The translations under genes were made by a program, and so were the position numbers. From positions 569,080 through 633,079 of the forward strand of contig RDEW01000021.1 in assembly GCA_011109175.1 (NCBI GenBank): a stretch of DNA of 64,000 nucleotides, in the 5' to 3' direction. The notes under the pieces were generated by a model. The model searched no databases. It saw nothing but the letters and a program-made list of their open reading frames with translations, and was not told the origin of the DNA. The DNA is from Dicyema japonicum (Eukaryota; Animalia; Dicyemida). Positions 51,641-62,639 of this stretch are shown here, one piece after another (positions within the stretch are counted from its first letter, which is position 1; each line of letters starts with the position of its first letter).

Positions 51641-54229
51641 TCCCACCTTCCCAACTCCATGATCTATTCCACAGAAGTAATCCGAGTCCATCTCCTTCAG
51701 ATATCCGTGCATTCATGTTGAAATCGACTTGCCTGTCGAGACGTTTCTAGTCACGTATTGTTGTATGATAAAACGGCCTATGAGGCATTAACTAATGGGG
51801 GTAGATCCAAAAGATGTTTTCTATTTCCGTCTTTCACCCTGTCTCTTGGGTTAATTAAACATTCAAGTCATGGAAAAAATAAGTCATGAAAACCGTATCA
51901 CTTGCAAAAGATAAAGATCATGGCAATTGAAGGTCTTGTGGACTATGGAATATCTCTCTAGCGGAATATAACCTTTTGCCTCTAGGGACGTCATAAATCA
52001 ATGGTTTATAAATAATCTGATGCTCTAATTTATTATCGAATTTACAGATTCACGGGAAGTACCTGGGAGAATATAAAAAATACATAATTTTAACTATGAA
52101 TTGTTTTTATATAAAATCACCTTATTTCAGTTTGACTTTGTCTTCGGGAAGATCCTAACGACATAAATTACCAAAAATCTGGAGTCATGAGTGATAATCA
52201 GAAAGCAAGTGATTTTAAATATCCAGAAATAGAAATTGCATAACTACAGCTGTGAGAACTACTTCAAGGAAACATCCACTAAAGTGGGAGTAGCAAATGA
52301 TCCATTTTAATGGGATCCAAGTGTTTCCTATGACAGTTCTATTACATGATGCCACACAGAACTAGGAAGGGAAGAAATAAAAACAATGAAATCTTCTAAC
52401 GAGTATCCAGTTGGCGCAATCTCGGTCATTAACCTCCACAGGGAGTTTCTTCTATCTCTCCAAATACAAAACTGATCTAATCCATTGGTAAATAGTAAAA
52501 TAGAAGATTCCGAAAGTACAACAGACATGCATCTGCCAATTTTGAGATGGTCTGTATTGTACGAAATGTCTCTGTGCTTCATGGTAGATAAAAACATGAG
52601 CATAGTCGAGGTGATAAACTCGGAAGTAGACAATGAAAGGAAATGTTTGATTCACAAATTATCTAGGAGATCATCTGCAAGAAGCTACACATATAGAAAT
52701 CTATGAATTTTGCTAGTAGTAGTTGAGGAAACCCAAACTTGGAGAAAACCTTTTTTTGGAGGATGACCTCAATTTTGTTGAGATTTTATCATTTTAATAG
52801 TAATAATGAAATTTTTCTTTTGTAATAAACCCCCAAATGAGGAAAATTAGTGTGAATTAGAAAGGGTATGACCGGAAGTTAATTTTTGCTCCATGACAAA
52901 TTTTGCTTCTGGTACTCCATTTCATAACTAGGTCTTCTTTGTCAAAGATGATAACAAAATCGTGACTACAGGGAGACATTTGACTTGACTAAAATCCCTT
53001 AGTCTCCGATGGCTCATCCCTAGCCGGATAGCCTGATTTCCGTATTCAAATGGGGTTGTGTCCTTGGGTTGCTATACAACCTGAACATCCGTTAAGCATC
53101 CATTCAGTGTAATGCCACACGTGGTATGTCTGAACAATGATGTTTTGCTAAATGAGAAGATGTACAACACTATAATTGAGATCTGCATAGCACTTTCCCT
53201 CTTCTTCGAAGACCGAAAAAAACAAACTGAGTTCAACGAAATGCCTTGTGTCTTCTTCCTTCGTTGGAAAATGCCTTTTTCGTCTCGCACAATTCAAAAG
53301 AGTTCATAAAAATGATCAGGACACCTTAGTTTTTTAAAAAACCAAAAGACCACTCATAACATGACTGTTCATGTGGAGAAATCCAGATAACCCTGAAGAA
53401 AAATACAGAGATCGAGCGTGCACATTCCTGAAAGAAGTTCCGAAAAACATGTTGCCGGTCGACCATTTGAGGATAATTTCTAAATTTTTAGAAAATGGGA
53501 TCACTTATGACTCCCATCCTTATCGGCGGTTTGGGTCTTAAGAACAAAACTGTTCAGATACAATATTGAATAGAAATGTACTAGTTAAACTATACTCTAC
53601 CAGTTGCTCTAGATCCGAAAGTCCATCTCACAGTTAAGGAATGGGGTATGTTCGTAATATAGAGTTAAACAGTTAAACAGATAAATCACAAAATGGTTGA
53701 TCAAGCTACTATGTTTCTTCTTAAAGTCACGCAAAAGACGATCATTTGATTGGTTTTAAATTTCATTGAGCTCAGACAGTGAAATTAATCAAATCTCATA
53801 AACACGGACCATGTTATAATCATAGCTCATTATACCAAATATATCCAAAAGAATGCACGCTTATATTTAAATTTCAAAAATTTTGTAAAAATAAATTATT
53901 AAATGTCATATTGTGAAATAAAAATAAAAACATTATTGTAGTTTAACGTTCCACCAGTAAACCCAGTGATCCTGGTGTAAATATTAATTCACATTCCCAT
54001 TGAGAAAGTTATGATCTTCCCGTCGCTTGTGGCAACCCATGGATGATCCGATCTGTTAGACTCCTACACTCTCTTCTCAAGATTGCGATTTTTCCGAGGC
54101 TGTCTAGATCAGGTATGTTAAGCTCAAAAAGCTAAAAGGCTACATAATTTAAGTATACAAGTAGGCAACACTAATAAACAAGAAAAACACCGTAACCTTA
54201 TATAAGTGAATTTGCCTTCTAAACGGTCA

Positions 54230-55150
54230 TATTACGTTAACACTCCACAAATATAACAATAGTAATCAAATATTCAAGATTATCAAATCATTTTCACTTT
54301 TTAGTTTTGTCATAGAATGACTATTACAATTTTTCGTATATCTTAAATGTATTACCACTTCCGACATTGATAGGGATGACAACGATCATCAGACATCCTT
54401 GTTCTCTGAAAAGATTTTATTGACTTCATGAAGGAAAACAACCGTTCACACACATAGATAGAGAAGAACATTGCAATAATCCACATTGAAAAATTTCTGA
54501 AGTTTTTGAATTATCAGGAAGGTATGAATAAAAGCCAGTTATTCCCACTTATAAGTATTTTGTTCTGAGTGTAGAATCAGACTGCATTTCTAATAGGTCA
54601 ATCTTCAAATTTTAACAGAATGGGTTTTGAGTTCATTGCAGTTATGAAAATGGACAAAATTTTCATGTGACTTCCATACTCTTAGTTTTTAATGAAATGC
54701 TTGACCTCGTCATACAAGTGAGTGATGAGTTTGGTTTTGTCTTGTAATTTCACTTAAATGTGCAGTAATGTCCAAGGAAAATCTGGATATAACATTCATC
54801 TGTGTTTCTGCCTTTTTTCGTCAAAAATAAAGCGATTTGTGGTATCAGGAAATAAAATCGTTTGAGCACCTTGTGAAACAACAACCAACGGACTTCTATG
54901 TAGAATGGAACATCCGTGAAATGATATTTCATGTCTTCTACCAGCTGACTGAAAAGGAACCTTCGATATAATGATGAGCGTAAAGTTTATGCGTAGGAAC
55001 GTCTTCTGACCACGCAGAACACTCATGACCACTGATTTTCTCTGGTGGTATCATTATAATGACGTGAAGATATACTTTCAATGTCTTCGACTGTATAATA
55101 ATCCTTTGTGCGCCCATTGATATGCACAGTATAGTTCATCTGCGTTTTCT
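54230..55150 (-). mobile_element. hAT (Buster/GTF2IRD2-like) transposase fragment
   Basis: YIEVRWLLFHKVLKRF (cf. HTEVRWLSRGKVL.RF); IDLLEMQSD; AMFFSIYVCERLFSFMK..RTRMSD (dimerisation domain). Confidence 0.8.
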
Positions 55151-55992
55151 TTTAACATGTTTAAAGTCAATGTTCATTATTAATGGCAAAATTGTTGGTG
55201 GCTTCCATCTAGAAGACCCTGAGCAGAGGAAGTATGATTCCATAATGTCGTAAGCATGAGAGGCATGATTCATCCGTAATATGTTACCAAATAATCCCTA
55301 TCGGGTCTTGGTAATAATTGTATCCAAGTGCTCAGATTTAAAGCTGTATATAAATCTTGGTTTTTGATCACCATTGGGTAGTGTATCCATAGTAGAGTCC
55401 TAAGTTATTTTCTGTGATAAGCATTAAGTTATCAACACATGTCCGAGTTAGTCCCCACGTTCCTTTGTTGTATAGCAGTATGGGTAGGAGAAAAGCATGT
55501 ATATTCGTATTTTTATTGTCTTTAAACATGCACGTATTTCATCATGTCGATTCTAGTCTCTTCAATGTTATTTTGACAACATCTATCGTCGTTGAACATC
55601 TTCCATGTCGTCAAGCAAAGACCCAACTTTTTTTGCTCTCTTTCCATATCTCATCGGTAAGTTTGCTTTCTCGTTTGATTGTAGTACATATTTCTTCGTT
55701 GAATGTCTCCCAAGTCGTCAATAATTTCTTGCGGTAAGTTTGCTTTCTCGTTTGATTGTAATGTTCAACCTCTATGGTGTAATGTTCAAGTGTTCTTACT
55801 CCCATTTTTATATCGAGTATTATGGAGTTCCTTTTATATTTTAGTACTTTCCTACTATATGCAGAAAAACTCATAACCACCAGTTTTCTTAACCACCAAC
55901 TTTTAAAAAATTAGTTAATTAAAATTTATTTTAAAAAGTTATAATTATTTTATAACATAAATTTATTTACATTATTATTAAGTTAAGGTACA

Positions 55993-56301
55993 GTCATTAG
56001 CGGCGTGGCGCCATATGGTGCTGCGTGGTTAATCGGTTAAAGTATTCTGCTTGCTTGTCTCTTCCTAATAGAGTGGCGTCATGTGATCCATCTGTCTAGG
56101 TGACGCCCAGTGCCAGGCCGGCACGAAAAATGATCATTTGCTCTTCTCCACTACACTGGAGGGGTTTCCACAACTGCATGTAATGGACGTCTTACCTTTT
56201 ATGCTAATTCCGGATGGACTCTGTAAAAGTGGAAACTGGATACACTTAATTAGTTGTTTACTTTAACTTCTTTCTCGGTATATCCGGGGTTAATAAATAA
56301 A
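55993..56301 (+). mobile_element. Complete 309-bp non-autonomous retroelement with a 14-bp TSD
   Basis: TSD TAAGTTAAGGTACA at 55979-55992 and 56302-56315. It comprises a head, the pseudoknot core, a tail homologous to the LINE end at 25036-25105, and (TAAA)n. Confidence 0.9.
56075..56137 (+). ncRNA. Best-preserved HDV-like pseudoknot
   Basis: P1 GGCGTCA/TGACGCC (7 WC pairs), P2 GTGATC/GATCAT, P3 TCT/AGG, P4 TGCC/GGCA, J4/2 C-G-A-A starting at C56124. Confidence 0.5.
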
Positions 56302-56936
56302 TAAGTTAAGGTACAAGATTTAAGACTCCAATGAAATTCTCATCTCTACGATGTGTTATCACTTTTGCGTTCCAATCTAATGAAAGGAAAGTGGGGGAAA
56401 GCATTATATCTCTCATAAGCGAGATTCGAGTAAAAAATTTCAATTTCTTTAGGACATTTCAGTGCTATATTTATTGTCTGTGATTATGCGTTGATAATTG
56501 TCAAAGGTGTTTTCCCCGTCATTAATTGTAATACTGCTATCACTGACTCTCTAGCACTTATGAATCGAGTTAACATATCGTTTATGGACCCCAACTCTTC
56601 TCCATAATATCGGCAGTCTGGTTTAAGTAAAATTATCTTATATGTTCCCACTTTTGTAATTAGTTGTATGTTCCACGTCGTTATTCATTACATTGCCTGT
56701 GGTACGTTGAAATCCCGTCATACATGGCCATTCGCTCACTTTGTCCACATTGAATGATTAAGTGTAAATCTTTAAAGGGCAAACCAGCGTATATCCTCAA
56801 CGATTATCTATCGAAAATATAAAAATGGTTAATTTCGGGAAATCTGGAAACTCTTTAAGAATCGCAAGATTGACTTTCCCTCTGCACAAGAATCCACATG
56901 AAGTAAATTTAAATAGATTAATATTTTAAAGTTAAA

Positions 56937-58589
56937 TTATGAGTGAGATTCCCCTTTATCTTCCTCTGCCGATAAAGTGATCGCGGCAATAAACAATTGA
57001 ATTTTATCTTCAATAAAATTTAACAAAACTGGTGGCTCTTTTAATTTTTTTTAATATGTGTCGATATCTTAAAAAGATATTAATTGGAATAGCAGTCAAC
57101 GTAATCACAATCCCCATTCCTGCAAGAACCGGCTAACATGTAACCTGCTTCGTAGGCAGACACAATTATGGTAACCACAACGAGACAGGAAACTAAAATT
57201 ATGAATACTATTGGAATTGCTAGAGGCACCAAAATAAGTACTAAATTACTTTAATGAGTCTGAGTGCATCAGGTCTGACCTTCGTGAAGTACAACAGTGC
57301 AGCAGCAGAAGCAATGGTGGCAATCCAGTTCATTATTCCCGTGTAGTTCAATAGCGGCACAATGTTATCAAAGAACGTGTAAAACATTGTAAGTAATCCC
57401 TAAAGTGAATTCAGCATCATTACACATATTAACACGGCAACGAAGGGAGTTTTGAATTTAATACTGATTGTATTCACCACTGCTGGCATTTGATTATGTC
57501 TGGCAGCAACGAAAAATAACTTTAAACTGTGAAATTCTTGGCACACCGAGAATATCCATAAAATTGGCCATTCAAAGCTCCAAATGTAGAACAGGAGACT
57601 CCAACTGACAGGAAATATTTGTAAATGACATGGATTCTGTCGCCAAAAGTCTAAATTCAAGGATTTGGAAATACTAAGGCTATGGTTTCAGATTGAACTA
57701 TTTCGTCAAATGTGAGGACTGCATAATATGAAATAACGGTAAAGGCGTAAATTATTATGCAAAATGAAATTGAAAAAATAATCGCGATTGGCATATCTCT
57801 GATTTTATAAAAGGCAAACCTCTTCAAATTTTTCATTTCTTCTGAAACCGTGTTTAAATATTGCCTAAAGTAAGAATAACAAAACCATCCGTGGTAGGCA
57901 AACAAGCCGCCATAGTGGGCTAAAGCTATCTGTCCCATGTTGCCTGTGATACCTTGAACTCCCTTTTTGAGAGTGCTGAAGTGATTTCATTATTTATAAT
58001 TCCAAGTTATTTTTTATTAGGAAATAAATTCCGGTGCAGATCAAAGATAGAAGAGCGAGAATTTTTATGATGCTGAAAGCAATCTGGACGAAAATAGAGA
58101 CCCGGATGCTAAGGCAATTGATTGTTGTAACGACAACTGAAAATATTAAGAGCATATAGATATGCAAAGGTTAGCCAACAAAATCACAACAACTGAATTG
58201 GGAGAACAGACTGGATAGATTGGTTTGAGCAAATAAACGGAAAAGGTAATGGCTATAATAGCCGAAATTGCTGGCCTGATGACGATAAGTTCTGCCCAAA
58301 TTCCCATAAAGGATGCAAAGGAACCAAAAGCTTTCATAGCGTAAACGCAATCTCCACCAGAACTAGCGATCATAGCCCCTAGTTCAGCGTAGCAGAAGGT
58401 TCCCATCATGGAAATCAATCCGGAGTTGACACAGATAATTATTGAGAGACCAATACTGTTGGTCTGTATCAGCATACTCGCTGAGCTAATAAAAATGCCA
58501 GATCCAATAATTGACCATACAATTATGGCTATAGAAGGGAACAGTGTCAGATTCATCTCCAACTGGTTTCCACTTTCTAGACTTGGCAT
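56937..58589 (-). pseudogene. SLC7 (LAT/y+LAT-type) amino-acid transporter with micro-introns; this copy carries lesions
   Basis: SIIGSGIFIS, CYAELG, SGGD, ELIVIRPA, GLFAYHGW|QYLN..EEMKNLKR|DMP, CSTFGALNG, TP and RP..R.IK motifs. Clean GT-AG introns at 57865-57885 (21), 57799-57819 (21), 57651-57674 (24), 57527-57546 (20), 57400-57423 (24) and 57120-57144 (25). Non-canonical or broken sites at 58137-58165, near 57990-58020 and 57230-57249. Premature stop near 57070. Confidence 0.8.
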
Positions 58590-58699
58590 TCAAAATATCT
58601 GATTAATTTTATTTTATTTCCATTTAGGTTTATGAATATAATATTTATTATTAAATAATAATAATATTTCTTTTTTAGTGCCTTCAACATCACGGAACG

Positions 58700-58900
58700 C
58701 TGGATTTCTGGTTTTCAATGTCTTTTGAAGCCATGATACGAATGAATCATGGAACGCGCCGTCTTGACTGCGAAGATCCAATCATTTGGTTGATACGTGC
58801 TTGTGTGGGGTCGAAGGAGGAACATTGGGCAAAAATGAGGTCCCTGCTAGAACGTGATGGGAGCACGTGATAAGTTAGTTCGTGTAACCATGGTCTCGGT
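58700..58900 (+). mobile_element. LINE 3' end (RDGST-stop), same family as 34.6 kb
   Basis: EEHWAKMRSLLERDGST* versus EEQRAKIMSLLECIGIT*; similar 3' UTR. Confidence 0.65.
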
Positions 58901-59262
58901 CGTTGTTGTTACTATGATATTGAGGTGAGGTGAGAGATAACAAGAAACTGGTTTTCAAATTAGAAAAAATAGAAATTTTGATTTTTATATTAATGAGATT
59001 TCGGAGATTAATTCGAAATTAGGGACCACGAGAGCAATTCGGGAGGTTAAAAAATCTAATTTTGAATTTCATAAAGTCAATGATTGTTTGAGATCTAATC
59101 TATGTAATTATACAGTGAACAATAGTTTAGTTATTGGGGAAATAATACGTATGGCTAACCACCGAATTCTACTCATAAAGTCTCCCCAATAAACCTATCA
59201 AAAACAGGGTGATCTTTGAAAAATAAGTTATAGATAATTTATTGCGGTTTTGAAACTTCTAA

Positions 59263-59597
59263 TAAGATTTTCGATAGATCCGCCAATCTTCAATATTTTT
59301 TCTTCAAACAATAAGATTTATCTCGTAAGAAAGCTTTTGATCAAAATTACCCGTTTTCTCGATTCTTTTTAAAGTTGAATATCCCTTTTTGAGTTGTACC
59401 ATCCTTTTATTTATATAACCCGGAAGTATTAAGATTTTCGATAGATCCGCCAATCTTAAATATTTTTCCTTCAAACAATAAGATTTATCTCGTAAGAAAG
59501 CTTTTGATCAAAATTACCCGTTTTCTCGATTCTTTTTAAAGTTGAATATCCCTTTTTGAGTTGTACCATCCTTTTATTTATATAACCCGGAAGTATT
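59263..59597. repeat. 167-bp tandem duplication (2 mismatches)
   Basis: 59263-59429 versus 59430-59596. Confidence 0.9.
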
Positions 59598-59811
59598 TTC
59601 GAGTTGAAGACATAAACAAATTTCTCTGGCAAGCTTTTTTCTTGCATGTTCCATAAAATTACCTCCCTCGTCAATTAGGAGGTCAAAGTATTTCCTAGTC
59701 TTTTTCCGGTGTCTTGTTACGCGTTTTTTAGGTTAGCCAGTCTCTGGCTTAAGTTATCCTCACTTGACCAGACGTATCATATGCGACTGAGAGAAAGTTA
59801 TCTTTGCCCTT

Positions 59812-60057
59812 CTCTTAGATCTAATCCATGAATGTCTTCAACCGTTTCCCATATATATGTATGGACCCAAGTCTCAATAAAAATATATTCATATGGTTAG
59901 TATGCCGTTGATGTTAACTGAACCTCGATCCCTTACACCACTCTTAGATCTAATCCATGAATGTCTTCAACCGTTTCCCATATATATGTATGGACCCAAG
60001 TCTCAATAAAAATATATTCATATGGTTAGTATGCCGTTGATGTTAACTGAACCTCGA
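59812..60057. repeat. 117-bp identical direct repeat with a 12-bp spacer
   Basis: 59812-59928 versus 59941-60057. Confidence 0.9.
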
Positions 60058-60112
60058 AATTTACAAATATGATTAAAAATTTATTAAACCTCCAAAGTGT
60101 CATGAATTAGTA

Positions 60113-60352
60113 TCACATGACAGAGCGTATTTTCTCGCATAATTTGTATGGAAAAACGCTCGATTAGCCATTCTTTTTGTTATTAACAATCCGAAGACAT
60201 ATAAAAAAGCGATTTGGTCCTAGAATCCCCTAGGTCACATGACAGAGCGTATTTTCTCGCATAATTTGTATGGAAAAACGCTCGATTAGCCATTCTTTTT
60301 GTTATTAACAATCCGAAGACATATAAAAAAGCGATTTGGTCCTAGAATCCCC
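60113..60352. repeat. 118-bp identical direct repeat with a 4-bp spacer
   Basis: 60113-60230 versus 60235-60352. Confidence 0.9.
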
Positions 60353-61789
60353 AAAGTATCGGAAAATCCATTAATCCTGGGGAAATAAATAAATCCACCT
60401 GAAAAAGGTTAGTTAGCTTGCTGTCAGGTGCTTCACCTTACTGGTGGTGTTAAGTGTCAAAAGATATAGAAAAGAATTATTTCCCTCCTTCATCCAGTTG
60501 ACTCGAGTGACTGAATGGTTTTATAATTTGAATATGATGCTCTACTGGATACTCATGCATTCCGGATAAATAACGCCAAACCTATGACCAAAATCACTTG
60601 TTATTATGCAAACTGATGATAACGCTATAAAAGCAGTATAAACCATACTCGAACTAGGAAATCTTTTGTCTAAAGACAATTCCCGATATCCAGGAGTTAA
60701 ACTTTCTACAAAAAGTGCAACACCATTTGTTGGATAAGATCTTTTCAGAAAAGACCAACTTAAACAAATAGTGGTTTAGTTACCATCATTAAAAATAGTT
60801 GGACCTACGGTGATGTGATCACACGTTCGGATGAACCAATTTTGCATGATTGGATGATAAAAATAACGGTTCAGATCATTTAATCAACTGATACATTCCA
60901 TATCAAGATCAAGCCCGAAACACAATATCCTCGAACTGAATAAACTAAAAGAATTTTAAAACATTATAATGTGTGAAGATCTCAACACCAAACACCCCCA
61001 ATCGCTGAATACATCTTCTCTTCCACAGTGATCACAACACAGGAACAAAGTACCATTCAAGAACTATAAAAAGGCAGGACCCAACTTCTAGTTGTACATT
61101 GTGTTTTTTTCTTATGTAAAGGACGTTCTGTAAAAGGTTTCCCGGAAATACAAGATCATAAAGACAGTCAACACAATACATTTTAGAAGTGCTTCCACTT
61201 TATAAAATCAACTCTTAAACCGACAATGGAATACGCCTGTGCTTAGTGGGTTTGATCTCTCAAACAACCATCGATATTCAACTCTTTTCCCACCCTTTTC
61301 GACCATTTGAAATAATTGGTCCGATTACCTTATTCTATGCGTCGTTGAATCTAATCATTTCTCTCGAATAGAGGTATGTTTTCTAAACGTGCAAATTTTA
61401 AAACCGCTCTTTAAATTCTTCCAAACGAAAAATCTCAATGGCACAGAAAAGCAGTGAGAACTATGATAGAAGATTGTTGAAAATTAGTTGGCTTAACTCT
61501 TTTGTTCTTAGTGTTCTTAAGTTAAATAATATCAATCCGTCAAAATCGAATAAACTATAGAAAATCCAATCAAAGATTTATGAGAAATGATCCATAACTA
61601 GTGTTAGTCTATGTGAGCGGCTTTAGTTGGTAAAGATCCCTCTTAACTCGCTTTAGATTTCAGATCCGAGACAATAGGCAATTAATTGCTTATCTTTGAG
61701 ATCTATCAAAAATTTGCCTAATTTTCTTCCTCCTACTTTTGCAGAATTTTTAAAGAGAAGATTAGGCATGGCTCCAAAACATCATTCTA

Positions 61790-62170
61790 TGAGTCCTTTT
61801 TGGCTGGTAACGTCAGATGAAATCGGATCTGACAGTCGTGGATTCTAATCCGAAAGATGGACTATTCAGCGAAGGTCAATTTTTGTCAACGTAGTCTTAC
61901 TCGTGAGGTGACAAGTCTTTCTGACACGATACAGTAGTCAAAAGGGATCTTTCTACCTTCATCCCTGACCAATTCGAATGATAAGGATTACCAATATGAA
62001 AACTCATCCTCATAATAATGAAGTGATGTCAGCGACTGTCAGAGGTTTGGCGAAAATGGAAAAGGGTGGACCTACTTCTCCATTTACCTTCGGAAAAAAG
62101 TCTGTAATGGACTATTGGAGGATGGATTTGTCCTTCATAAGCAGACGTTTTCCGTGGGTTCCGTCCTTAA
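61790..62170 (+). repeat. Copy 3 of the unassigned dispersed repeat
   Basis: Matches both the 25.3-25.75 kb and 6.3-6.6 kb copies. Confidence 0.65.
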
Positions 62171-62639
62171 TTAGTTATGAATAAGAAAATTTTGCCATAA
62201 AATTCCTTTTTCAAGAAGAGTTATTTTTTATTAATGCATGAAGTTATATAAAAATATTTTTAAAATGTGTTGTCATGTATGGTTCCATATGTAGGAAAAT
62301 AAATCTCTGTGGAAATATTCTGTCACAAGGCGGCGAAATGGAAAGAAGTAGATATCTTCATAACTCTGACTATTGTTTAAACTGAGGTTCCGTGAATGGG
62401 TTTCTTTTGATGGTCTATATTTGAAATCTTCGGGAGAATGCATCAGAGAGATTTATGAATTCTTTAAAAATCTGATGGTCATTTAAAGATCTTAACTCCA
62501 AGAACAGTACTTTGGTTGTAGGGGCGACAACAAGAATGCCGAGTTTCTGGTAAGGGTCTGTACGTCGGAAGGGGTCAATCACTTCTATCTTTTTGGAAAT
62601 TACAAGCTTGCCGTGTTCCTAATTTTCCCCGCTATTACA

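Noticed and set aside
61754-61775. AGAGAAGATTAGGCATGGCTCC resembling the U6 snRNA core
   Set aside because: Only ~22 nt match, with an insertion, and the flanks do not resemble U6. Probably chance; an Infernal RF00026 search would settle it.
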